64,000 bases of DNA from Deltaproteobacteria bacterium (lineage in GTDB: Bacteria; Myxococcota; Kuafuiibacteriia; Kuafuiibacteriales; Kuafuiibacteriaceae). The notes under the pieces are model-generated. The model did not search any database, was not told the DNA's origin, and was given only the letters and a program-made list of their open reading frames with translations. The stretch covers positions 1 through 64,000 of the forward strand of contig JAVJQW010000046.1 of NCBI GenBank assembly GCA_040218735.1, written 5' to 3'. Each line of letters opens with the position of its first letter. The first letter of the stretch is position 1. The translations under genes were made by a program, and so were the position numbers. Positions 17,741 to 27,200 of this stretch are shown piece after piece.

Positions 17741-19600
17741 TCACTTCGGCCGCTTCTCTTCGAGCGAGATCCGGACGTCGATGACGCCTTCCTCCAGCTT
17801 CGTGCGGATCGGCAGGCCGAAGTCGTGGAACACGCGGAGCATTTTCGCGTTGGTCGAGAGGACCTCGGCGGTGAGCGCGTCGAGCCCGCGGCTGCGTGCG
17901 AAGGCCACGAGTCGCTCCAGCAGCGCGGTGCCGACGCCGACGCCCTGCCAGTCGTCGCGCACGACGAACGCGACCTCCGCGTCGTCTTGGCCGACGACGC
18001 CCGCGTAGCGACCCACCGCGAGGATGGCGGGCTCGGCGTCCGGGCTCTCGGTGTGCTCGACCACGAACGCGACGCGCCGGTCGTAGTCCACGTCGAGGTA
18101 CTGCTCCATCGCTTCGTGCGGGAGCCGAACCATCGCCGTCATCCACCGCTTCTGCTTGGTCTCCTCGGAGAGGTTGTAGAAGAGGTCCTGCATCTTCCGC
18201 TCGTCCATGCGGCGCAGGAGTCGGATGCGCACCGTCCCGCGCGAGGTTTCGAGCTTGCGGCTCCAACCGCGGGGCGCGGTGGCCGGGCCGGTCTGCTGAT
18301 CCTGGAAGACGTACTTTCTCTGCTTGGCGGAGGCGAGCAGCTCGTCGCGGAAGTCGGGGTGGGCGATTTCGATCAGCGCCGTCGCACGCTCGCGCACCGA
18401 ACGGCCCCACAGGTCGGCGATGCCGAACTCCGTGACGACGTAGCGCACGTCGCCGCGCGAGGTGACGACCCCCGAGCCCTCGGCGAGGCTCGCGACGATG
18501 CGGCTGATCGTGCCGCCCTTCGCGGTCGAGCGCAGCGCGATGATCGGCTTCCCGCCGGGGCACAGCGAGGCGCCGCGGATGAAGTCCACCTGGCCGCCGA
18601 TGCCCGAGTAGAACTTGGACCCGATGGAGTCGGCCGAGACCTGACCCGTGAGGTCCACTTGGAGCGCGCTGTTGATCGCGACCATCATGTGCTGACGCGA
18701 GATGCGCCCCGGGTCGTTCATGATGTCCGACGGCCGGAACTCGAACGCCGGGTTGTCGTCGATGAAGTCGTAGAGGCGCTGCGTCCCGAACGTGAACGAC
18801 GAGTTGATGCGCCACTTGTCGGTGGTCTTGTACTTACCGGTGACGTTCCCGTTTTCGACGAGGTCGATCAGCCGGTCGGAGAACATCTCCGTCCAGACGC
18901 CGAGGTCCTTGCGATCCATCAGCGACATCAGCGTCGCGTCCGGGATGCGGCCGATGCCCATCTGCAGGGTCGCGCGGTCGGGCACGAGCGAGGCGACGTG
19001 TTTGCCGATCTCCATGTCCACCTCGTCCAGGGTCTCGGGCGGGTGCTCCGGGAGCGGGTGTTCGGTGGTGCACCAAGCGTCGATCAGGCGCGTGGGGATC
19101 GCGCCGGCGCCGTGGATGCGCGGCATCGCCGGGTTCACTTCGGCGATCACGACGTCGGCGGCGTCGACGGCCGCGAGCACGATGTCCACGGAGACGCCGA
19201 GGTTCACGTAGCCGTTGTCGTCCGGCGGGGCCACGGACACGAGCGCGACATCGACGGGCGTGCGGCGCGAGGTGATGAGCTTCGGGATCTGCGAGAGGAA
19301 CACCGGCGTGTAGTCGGCCCGCCCGGCGCCGACGGCTTCACGGACGTTCGGCCCGATGAAGTAGGCGTTGTGGCGGAAGTTCGATGCGAATCGCTCCTCG
19401 ACATAGGGCGCGGGTCCGAGCGTCAGCAGGTGAACGATCGGGTTGTCCGAGAAACACTCGGCGTTGGCGGTGAGCGCTTCGACGAGCGCGATCGGCTCGG
19501 CCGCGCCGGACCCGATGAAGATGTGCCGCCCCCGCCCGATGCGCCGCACGGCGTCCATCGCGGAGTGTTCTTTGGCCTTCCAGTCTTCCTTCCAACCCAT
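17741..19600 (-). CDS. Acetyl-CoA hydrolase/transferase fused to a C-terminal GNAT domain
   Basis: GSGAAEP, TLQMGIG, WTEM, YSGIGGQVDFIRGA; C-terminal EVAFVVRDDWQGVGVG. Confidence 0.92.
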   Translation of the reverse strand: MGWKEDWKAKEHSAMDAVRRIGRGRHIFIGSGAAEPIALVEALTANAECFSDNPIVHLLTLGPAPYVEERFASNFRHNAYFIGPNVREAVGAGRADYTPVFLSQIPKLITSRRTPVDVALVSVAPPDDNGYVNLGVSVDIVLAAVDAADVVIAEVNPAMPRIHGAGAIPTRLIDAWCTTEHPLPEHPPETLDEVDMEIGKHVASLVPDRATLQMGIGRIPDATLMSLMDRKDLGVWTEMFSDRLIDLVENGNVTGKYKTTDKWRINSSFTFGTQRLYDFIDDNPAFEFRPSDIMNDPGRISRQHMMVAINSALQVDLTGQVSADSIGSKFYSGIGGQVDFIRGASLCPGGKPIIALRSTAKGGTISRIVASLAEGSGVVTSRGDVRYVVTEFGIADLWGRSVRERATALIEIAHPDFRDELLASAKQRKYVFQDQQTGPATAPRGWSRKLETSRGTVRIRLLRRMDERKMQDLFYNLSEETKQKRWMTAMVRLPHEAMEQYLDVDYDRRVAFVVEHTESPDAEPAILAVGRYAGVVGQDDAEVAFVVRDDWQGVGVGTALLERLVAFARSRGLDALTAEVLSTNAKMLRVFHDFGLPIRTKLEEGVIDVRISLEEKRPK

Positions 19601-19671
19601 CGCGCTCGGCGTCTAACACGGAGGTCGAGGCCTGGCGACGGTGTGCCGCGTTCGTCACGATGCGTTGCGGG

Positions 19672-20784
19672 CTACACCTTCGGGGTTTGCTCGAAACGCT
19701 CGATCTCCGACGCCGTGATCGGGAGCTCGACCGTGAACTTCGACCCGTGCCCGCGTTCGCTCGTCGCGACGATCGAGCCGTTGTGTCTCTCGACGATGCG
19801 CCGAACCGTAGCGAGCCCCACGCCGGCGCCGTCCCCTTCGGAGGCGGGGACGAGGCGTCGGAAGGGGCGGAAGATCTCCTCTCGCCACTTCATGTCGAAG
19901 CCGGTGCCGTTGTCTTCCACTTCGACGTGCACCGAAGCGCCCACGACCGTCGCCCGGATGCCGACCTCGAGCATGATCTCCGGCCGCGCGAACGCCAAGG
20001 CGTTGGCGATCAGGTTCTCGAACACCAGGCGGAGCTGCTTCGTATTGCCGGTGACCGTCGGAAGCTTCTCCGCGGCGACCAGCGCGTGCGAGGCTTCGAT
20101 GGCCGGCCCGAATCCGTGCACGACCTCGCGGACGCAGAGGTCGAGGTCGACGCTCTCGTCGACGGCGCCGCGTGTCGCTTCGGCGTAGGCGAGCATCCCC
20201 TGGATCATCGTGTCCATCCGCGTCGTCGACCGCCGGATCTTGTCCATGTACTGGTCTCGATCCTTGGGGTCGTCCTCCGTGATGATGTCGAGGTACCCGA
20301 GGATCGCGCGGAGCGGCGCGCGAAGATCGTGGGCGGCGGCGTGGGCGAGCTCGTGCAGCTCGTCGTTGGAACGCTCGAGCCGTTCGGTCTTGTCGCGGAG
20401 CAGCTGACGCGACTGGTACATCTCGAGGTAAATCTTCGCCTTGCCGCGGAGCACACTCTGCCGGAACGGGAGGCGGAGACGATCGATGATGCCGCGATCG
20501 AACGCGAGGCTCCCCACGCGGTTCCACGTCTCGTCCGACGCCATCAACAGGATCGGCACGTGAGACTTGGTGCGGTCGCCGTGGATCAGTCGCGCGAGAT
20601 CGACGCCGCCGATGTCCGGGAGCTCGGCGGCGACGATGACGAGCGCGAGCTCGTTCTCCGAGACGTGCTCGAGCGCAGTGTTGCAGGCGCCCGCTTCGAG
20701 GACCTCGAAGCCCAACGATTGGAGCGTGCCGGCGATGAGGCCGCGCTCGGACTCGTCCGCGACGACGAGAGCCTTCGCGTTCAC
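19672..20784 (-). CDS. Histidine kinase with an N-terminal atypical receiver domain
   Basis: H box AHDLRAPL, N box NLIANA, G1 DNGTGF, G2 GAGVGL. The receiver has VIVA where the phospho-Asp is expected. GTGA overlap with cheR. Confidence 0.88.
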   Translation of the reverse strand: MNAKALVVADESERGLIAGTLQSLGFEVLEAGACNTALEHVSENELALVIVAAELPDIGGVDLARLIHGDRTKSHVPILLMASDETWNRVGSLAFDRGIIDRLRLPFRQSVLRGKAKIYLEMYQSRQLLRDKTERLERSNDELHELAHAAAHDLRAPLRAILGYLDIITEDDPKDRDQYMDKIRRSTTRMDTMIQGMLAYAEATRGAVDESVDLDLCVREVVHGFGPAIEASHALVAAEKLPTVTGNTKQLRLVFENLIANALAFARPEIMLEVGIRATVVGASVHVEVEDNGTGFDMKWREEIFRPFRRLVPASEGDGAGVGLATVRRIVERHNGSIVATSERGHGSKFTVELPITASEIERFEQTPKV

Positions 20785-21620
20785 CGGAGCGCTCCCTTCG
20801 AACGCTGGTAGATCCGCTGCGCGGCGTCGACCGTGCGGAACTGACTGTCGCTCGCGACCGTGTCGAGGCTCTCGGAGGCTCCGAGCGCCAAGTAGCCGAG
20901 CGGCGACAGGGTGTCGCGGAATCGCCGGACGACGCCGGCGCGAAGCTCTGGCCCGAAGTAGATCAAGGTGTTGCGACAGAGGACGAGGTCGACCTCCGCG
21001 AAGATCCCATCCGAGGTGAGGTCGTGCGCCGACCAGGTGATTGCGTCGCGGACGCGCGAGCACACCAGGCCCATCGGTCCGCCGGAGGTCACGAAGTAGT
21101 CGTCGAGCGAGCCCGGACCGCGGACGGCTCGGTAGTTGTCCTCGGCGGCGGCGATCGACTCCAACGGGTAGGCTCCCGTTCGCCCGATGCGCAGCGCGCG
21201 CATGTTGATGTCGGTCGCGTAGATCGTGCTGCGTTGGAGGAGGCCGGCTTCGTCGAGCAGGAACGCGAGGGAGTAGACCTCTTCACCCGTCGCGCAGCCC
21301 GCGTGCCAGATCTTCGGGCGAGGGTAGGCGGCGAGCTCGGGCAACACGACGTTCGCGAGCGTGCGGAAGAAGTCGGGGTCCCGAAAGAACGAAGTGACCG
21401 ACACAAAGAGCTGCGAGACGAAGGACTCCGAAAACGTCTCTTCGTAGACGAGTCGCTCGACGAGCGAGCTCAGTCGGCGGACGCCGAGCTCGGTCGCCGC
21501 TCGGTGGAGCTGCCGCGAAAGCGAGTCGCGTTTGTACCCCGAGAAGTCGATGCCCCACCGTCGTCGAATCGTGTCGACGACGATCTCGATCTCGATCTCC
21601 TCGAGGACCTCAGGTCGCAT
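20781..21620 (-). CDS. cheR: CheR-type protein-glutamate O-methyltransferase
   Basis: GIDFSGYK, VTSFFRD, IWHAGCATGEEVYS, YATDI, CRNTLIYF, LGASES. Confidence 0.92.
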   Translation of the reverse strand: MRPEVLEEIEIEIVVDTIRRRWGIDFSGYKRDSLSRQLHRAATELGVRRLSSLVERLVYEETFSESFVSQLFVSVTSFFRDPDFFRTLANVVLPELAAYPRPKIWHAGCATGEEVYSLAFLLDEAGLLQRSTIYATDINMRALRIGRTGAYPLESIAAAEDNYRAVRGPGSLDDYFVTSGGPMGLVCSRVRDAITWSAHDLTSDGIFAEVDLVLCRNTLIYFGPELRAGVVRRFRDTLSPLGYLALGASESLDTVASDSQFRTVDAAQRIYQRSKGALR

Positions 21621-24600
21621 TCGCCGTCCCCGCGTTCTGGAAGAGCAGGACACGCATCAGGGCCAGCAGGTTCTCCGGCGACATCGGTTTGCTGATGTAG
21701 TCACTCGCTCCGGCCGCCAGACACGCGTCGCGATCCTCCGGGAGCGTCTTGGCGGTCACGGCGATGATCGGCAGCTCTTTGTACTCGGGGAGGGCGCGAA
21801 TGCGCCGGGTCGCTTCGTAGCCGTCCATGATCGGCATCATGATGTCCATGACGACGACGTCGACGTTCGGGTGTGCATCGAGCTGCTCGAGCGCGACCTT
21901 GCCGTTCTTCGCCTGCACGACCTCGAGCCCGTGGCGTTGGAGCAGCTCGGTGAGCGCGAAGACGTTGCGCATGTCGTCGTCGACGACCAGCGCCTTCCGC
22001 CCGCGCAGGACCTCCTCCTTGTCGTAGAGCCGGTTCAACGTCGCGCGCTGCGGCGCGGGCAGATCACGTTCGACCTGATGCAGGAACAGGCTGACCTCGT
22101 CGAGGAGTCGGTCCGGCGTTCGCGCGCCCTTCAGGACGATGCTGTGGGTGTGCTCGGAGAGCTCGACCAACCGAACGTCGTCGAGCTCGGACGCGGTGTA
22201 CACGACGACCGGCGGGTGGCTCTCGTCGAGCTGCGCCAGCAGGTCCTCGCCGGACATGTCCGGGAGTCTTAGGTCCAGCACGATGCAGTCGAAGCGCTCC
22301 GCCGAGAGCGCTTCGAGCGCGGCCTCGGCCGTATCGACGACGAACAGCTCCAGCTTCGGGCTGTCCAGCGCCTCGCGGATCGCGGTCTGCGTGGCCACGT
22401 CGTCCTCGACGACGAGCACCCGCGCCACCGGTCGCGACTCGAGGGCGGCCAGACGCTCGAAGACGCCGACCATGTCCTGCTCGCCGATCGGCTTCTGGAC
22501 GAAACCCAGCGCACCGAGTCGGAGGACTTCGGCGCGACACGCGTGCGCGGAGACGACGTGCACCGGGATGTGTCGCGTGGTCAGCGTCTGTTTGAGCTGC
22601 TCGAGCACCTTCATGCCGTCGATGTCCGGCAGGCCGAGGTCGAGCACGATGCCCTTCGGGTCGATGCGCTGCGCGACGAGGATCGCCTCCTTGCCGGAGC
22701 CGCAGATGACCGGGTCGTAGTTTGCGCCCCTCGCGCGCTCCGCGAGCAGCTCGGCGAAGACCGCGTCGTCTTCGACGATCAGCAGCGCGCGTTCCGAAGC
22801 AGGTGCTTCGGGAGCGACCTCCTCCAGGGGAGGGGGCGCGACCTTCGGCGCGGGAGTCGCCGGGCTCGCTGGGCGAGGCTCAGCGCGACGCGGACGTCGG
22901 GGCACCCTCGGATACGAGTCCTGAGACCCGTCCGGATGTCGCACCGGCAGCACCAGCGTGAACGTACTCCCGTGTCCCAGCTCGCTCTCGAGGTGGATCT
23001 CTCCGGCGAGCAGCGTTGCGAGCTGGCGGGAGACCGCGAGGCCCAGGCCGGTGCCTCCGTAGGTTCGACTCGTCGAGCCGTCGGCCTGCTGGAACGCTTC
23101 GAACACTGCCGTGTGGTTCTCGCGCGAGATGCCGATCCCCGTGTCGCGCACGGCGATGGCGAGGCAGGACGAAGCGTCGAGCGAGGGGTCGCGGAGGACC
23201 ATCGTGGACGCCACGGGTTGGACGCGGACCGAGACGGAGCCTTGCGGCGTGAACTTGAGCGCGTTGCCGATGAGGTTTCTGAGGATCTGCTCCAGCCGAC
23301 GTCCGTCCGTGACGAGCTCGTCGGGGACACGTTCGTCGACCTCCACCGTGAGCGCGACGTTCTTCTTCTCCGCGACCGCCGTGAACTGATCGTGCATCGT
23401 GTCGACGATGCCTTGAACCGACTCGGGCTGAATCTGGAGCGTCATGCGCCCCGCCTCGACCTTCGACAGATCGAGGATGTCGTTGATGATGCGAAGGAGC
23501 TCGCGCCCGCCGTCGTCGATGATGCGCAGCGAGTCGAGCTGCCGTTCGGTGAGGTTGCCGTCCGGGTTGTGGCAGAGCCCCTCGGAGAGGATGAGCATAC
23601 TGTTCAGCGGCGTACGGAGCTCGTGCGACATGTTCGCCAGGAACTCGCTCTTGTACTTGCTCGCGCGGTCGAGCTGCTGGGCGCGTTCTTCGAGCTCCGC
23701 GGCGGCGGTCTCGAGGTCGCGTTGTTGGCGCTCGAGCGCTTCGTTGCGGGCTTCGATCTCCTTGCGCGAGACCTCCAGCTCTTCATTGGACGTCCGCAGC
23801 TCCTCCGCCTGCTCGCGGAGGGCCAGGCTCTGCACCTCGGACTTCTCGAGGAGCACCTTCATCAGCGCGCGCGACTCTGCGGCTTCCATCGCGATCGCGA
23901 CGTTCTCGGCGATCGACTGGAGCCAGTCCTGGCGGATCGCGTCGAGCGGCCGCGGGAGCGCGAGCTGGAGGACGCCGCGCACGGAGTCGTCGGACACGAG
24001 CGGAATCACCGCGATGTGTTTCAGGAGGATCTCGCCCAGCCCGTACGATCCGCGCACCGGGTTCGCCGACACGTCGAGGTCGAACACCGCGCGGTGCGCG
24101 TTGGCGATCTCGCCGACGAGGCCCTCACCCGGGCGAATGGTCTCGGGCACGTCCTCCGCGGCGATCCCGAACACCGCCGAGCGCCGCAGCGATCCGTCCT
24201 CCGTCGGCGCGAACACGGCGCCTACCGGCGCGCCGACGCGGTCGGCGACGTACGCCAACACACGACGCGCCAGCACGTCGACCTCCGGCCCGCCGCGCAT
24301 CTGCTCCAGCAGATCGGACTGCCCCTTCTGCATCCACCGGTCGCGCTCGGAGCGCTCCGTTGCGTTCCGCAGTGTGTTCGTCAGACGTGACAGCTCACGT
24401 CCTAGCTGGTCTTCGTCGGAGCGTGCTTCGAAGGCGTTGCGGTAGTCGCCGTCCGCCACCGCCCGGACCTGGTGCACCGTCGCCGAGAAGGACGCGAGGA
24501 GCTCGTTGATGGAACGTTCGAGGGTCTCGTCGTCCTCGGACTGCGCGATGTAGCGCAGATCGAAGTTGCCGACCGCCGCCGCCGCGACGACACGTTTGAC

Positions 24601-25152
24601 CTCTTCGTAGATGGCCGAGAGCTCGTCGTTCCGTGAGCCGCGCCGGGCGCTGTGCGCGGCGAGCTCCGCCATGACCAGCCCCGTGTCGAGCTGGAGCAGC
24701 GCCCCTCCTGCCTCCTGGGTGAGGGAACGCTCTTTTTCGTCGAGTCCCGCTTCGTCGATCGCGCGACGAATCGACGCGCGCGCGATCGTCATCTGGGCCG
24801 TGAAGGCCTCCGGTGGCAGGTCTTGTTCGACGTGCTGACGCCCGACGGCGCGCCGGTCGTCGACGTAGGCGTCGTCGACGCGCGCCCGCAGGAATCGTCG
24901 CCAATATTCGGGGTCGAGCGTCGCGCTCGACAGGGCGGCGTCGACCTTCTCCGCGCCCAAGTGCCGATGCGCACCGCGCGTCCACGCGCGCAGCTCGTCC
25001 GCGACGACCTGCGGGTCGACGTGTCCGTCGTCGATGAGCCTTCGGATCCTCGCGAGCTTGTCTTCGTCCAGCCCGTGGAGCGCACAGAGCGCCGCCGCCG
25101 ACACCTGGCCCTCGGCCGGGCCCGAGGTCTGCAATGATTTCGCCAGCGTCAT
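21610..25152 (-). CDS. Hybrid sensor kinase: protoglobin-like, HAMP, GAF, HisKA, HATPase and three receivers
   Basis: N-terminal YVDDRRAVGRQHV (globin proximal-His pattern); FLANMSHELRTPLN, NLIGNALKFT, GGTGLGL; three REC domains with Asp. Start 25152 or 25197. Confidence 0.9.
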   Translation of the reverse strand: MTLAKSLQTSGPAEGQVSAAALCALHGLDEDKLARIRRLIDDGHVDPQVVADELRAWTRGAHRHLGAEKVDAALSSATLDPEYWRRFLRARVDDAYVDDRRAVGRQHVEQDLPPEAFTAQMTIARASIRRAIDEAGLDEKERSLTQEAGGALLQLDTGLVMAELAAHSARRGSRNDELSAIYEEVKRVVAAAAVGNFDLRYIAQSEDDETLERSINELLASFSATVHQVRAVADGDYRNAFEARSDEDQLGRELSRLTNTLRNATERSERDRWMQKGQSDLLEQMRGGPEVDVLARRVLAYVADRVGAPVGAVFAPTEDGSLRRSAVFGIAAEDVPETIRPGEGLVGEIANAHRAVFDLDVSANPVRGSYGLGEILLKHIAVIPLVSDDSVRGVLQLALPRPLDAIRQDWLQSIAENVAIAMEAAESRALMKVLLEKSEVQSLALREQAEELRTSNEELEVSRKEIEARNEALERQQRDLETAAAELEERAQQLDRASKYKSEFLANMSHELRTPLNSMLILSEGLCHNPDGNLTERQLDSLRIIDDGGRELLRIINDILDLSKVEAGRMTLQIQPESVQGIVDTMHDQFTAVAEKKNVALTVEVDERVPDELVTDGRRLEQILRNLIGNALKFTPQGSVSVRVQPVASTMVLRDPSLDASSCLAIAVRDTGIGISRENHTAVFEAFQQADGSTSRTYGGTGLGLAVSRQLATLLAGEIHLESELGHGSTFTLVLPVRHPDGSQDSYPRVPRRPRRAEPRPASPATPAPKVAPPPLEEVAPEAPASERALLIVEDDAVFAELLAERARGANYDPVICGSGKEAILVAQRIDPKGIVLDLGLPDIDGMKVLEQLKQTLTTRHIPVHVVSAHACRAEVLRLGALGFVQKPIGEQDMVGVFERLAALESRPVARVLVVEDDVATQTAIREALDSPKLELFVVDTAEAALEALSAERFDCIVLDLRLPDMSGEDLLAQLDESHPPVVVYTASELDDVRLVELSEHTHSIVLKGARTPDRLLDEVSLFLHQVERDLPAPQRATLNRLYDKEEVLRGRKALVVDDDMRNVFALTELLQRHGLEVVQAKNGKVALEQLDAHPNVDVVVMDIMMPIMDGYEATRRIRALPEYKELPIIAVTAKTLPEDRDACLAAGASDYISKPMSPENLLALMRVLLFQNAGTANAT

Positions 25153-25259
25153 CCCCACTGACTCGTATTCGGCCGGTCGGGTTTCGAGTTGAGCCAAACC
25201 CGGAAGGGGAACTCTACCCGGCCAGCGGGCCGCCGAACCTGCTCCACGTGGGCACGGCG

Positions 25260-27086
25260 ATGCAGTCGAGCGAGTTCGTGAGTCTGGTGCGGTCGCTGGA
25301 GGCCACGCCCGGTCGCGCGCGCCGCGCCGCGCCCTCCGGGGATTCGAGCGGTGGCCGTATGCTGCTGATCGAAGACGACGACGCCGACGCCGAGCTCGTC
25401 GGCGTCTACCTCGTACGGCAACTCCCCGAGTGGACGTTCGACTGGGTCCGGAGCCTCGACGACGCGCTGTGTGCGCTCGAGAAGAACCGCTACGACATGG
25501 TGCTCGCGGACATCACGCTCCCCGACGCCGACGGCCTCGACGTCGTCCTGCGAATCCAGAACGCCGTCGACGCGCCGCCGATGATCGTCCTCACCGGTCA
25601 CGCCGACGAACGGCTCGCGCTCGAGACGGTGCGTGCCGGGGCCCAGGACTTCATCACCAAGAGTCAGCTCGACGACCGCATCCTCAAGCGCACGATACGC
25701 CACGCGCAGGAGCGTCAGCGCGCCGAGCAGGACCTGCGACGTCTCGCCAACTTCGACAGCCTCACGCAGCTCGCCAACCGGAGCAGCTTCGAGGAACGCG
25801 TCGCGCAAACCGTCGCCCGTTCCCGCCGCAGCGAGCAGCGCTTCGCGCTCCTGTACGTCGACCTCGACGGGTTCAAAGCGGTGAACGATACGCTCGGTCA
25901 CGAAAAGGGCGACGCGTTGTTGGTCGAAGTCGCGAGTCGTCTCCGACAGACGCTCAGAGACTGCGACTTCGCGGCGCGGTTGGGGGGCGACGAGTTTGCG
26001 ATCGTCCTCGAAGACGTCGCCACGACCGACGACGTTCAGTGCGCGGCGGAGCGCGTCCGCGAGGTGCTCGCGCGACGCTACGGTGCACACGCGTGCCAGG
26101 CGAAGGTCACCGCGAGCATCGGCGTCGCGACGTTTCCGGAGAGCGGGACCACGGCCGACGCGCTCGTCAAGGCGGCGGACCGCGCGATGTATGCGGCGAA
26201 ACACAGCGGGCGCAACGCGACGATCATCGACGAGGCGCTCCCCGGCACCCACGATCTCCCTTGGGGCCACGCCTTCGAGAACGCGCTGTCGGAGGGTGAG
26301 TTTCAGCTGTTCTACCAACCACAGGTCGACCTCGACGGCCGGCTCGTCTCCGCCGAAGCGCTGCTGAGGTGGGAACGGCCGGGCCACGGGCTCGTCGGGC
26401 CGGGTGACTTCCTCCCGCGGCTCGAGGCCTCGGACCACATGGTCTCCGTCGGGACGTGGATCATCGAACGCGCGTGTCTCGACTTCCAACGCCTGAAGCG
26501 CGCCGGCATCGTGATGGAGCGAATCGCGGTCAACATCTCGGCGCGTCAGCTCGAAGACGAGACGCTCATCCCGGCCGTGCAGCACGCGCTCGCCGCCGCG
26601 AACGTCGCCCCCGACCGACTCGAGCTGGAGGTGACGGAGTCCGCCGTCATGAAGTCACCGGAGCACGCCGCGCAGGTCCTGGCGCAGCTCGAAGCGATGG
26701 GCGTGCGGCTCGCGATGGACGACTTCGGAACGGGCTACTCGTCGCTCGCGCACCTCTATCGCCTCCCGTTCGACTGCGTGAAGATCGACCGCAGCTTCGT
26801 GCAGGATCTCCTCGACAACGATCGGTGTGACACGGTGACGCGATCGATCGTCGCGCTCGCGCGCGAGCTCGGCCTGTCGACCGTCGCCGAGGGGGTCGAG
26901 ACCGTGCAGCAGCAACGGCACCTCCGCGTGGTCGGGTGCACGACGCTGCAGGGCTACTTCTTCGGCAAGCCGATGCCGTACGACGCCTTCGTGGAGGCGC
27001 ACGCGCCGCGCAAGCGAATGCCGGTGCGGACGATCCGCCTCGGAGAGACGCCGGTCGGCGCGATGGTGCCGCACCGAAGGGGCTGA
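25260..27086 (+). CDS. REC-GGDEF-EAL diguanylate cyclase/phosphodiesterase
   Basis: LIEDD...LADITLP; RDCD I-site and GGDEF; EALLRW, DDFGTGYSS, KIDRSF, EGVE. Start uncertain (25260 or 25359). Confidence 0.92.
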   Translation: MQSSEFVSLVRSLEATPGRARRAAPSGDSSGGRMLLIEDDDADAELVGVYLVRQLPEWTFDWVRSLDDALCALEKNRYDMVLADITLPDADGLDVVLRIQNAVDAPPMIVLTGHADERLALETVRAGAQDFITKSQLDDRILKRTIRHAQERQRAEQDLRRLANFDSLTQLANRSSFEERVAQTVARSRRSEQRFALLYVDLDGFKAVNDTLGHEKGDALLVEVASRLRQTLRDCDFAARLGGDEFAIVLEDVATTDDVQCAAERVREVLARRYGAHACQAKVTASIGVATFPESGTTADALVKAADRAMYAAKHSGRNATIIDEALPGTHDLPWGHAFENALSEGEFQLFYQPQVDLDGRLVSAEALLRWERPGHGLVGPGDFLPRLEASDHMVSVGTWIIERACLDFQRLKRAGIVMERIAVNISARQLEDETLIPAVQHALAAANVAPDRLELEVTESAVMKSPEHAAQVLAQLEAMGVRLAMDDFGTGYSSLAHLYRLPFDCVKIDRSFVQDLLDNDRCDTVTRSIVALARELGLSTVAEGVETVQQQRHLRVVGCTTLQGYFFGKPMPYDAFVEAHAPRKRMPVRTIRLGETPVGAMVPHRRG

Positions 27087-27200
27087 GCTCAGGCCGCCTT
27101 CGGCAACGTGACGACGAACGTCGCGCCCAAGAAACCCTCAGGAAGCGCCGGCCGCGGCAAAAGTCGTTGTTCCCCCGCCCCGTGACGCTATCCTCCGCGC

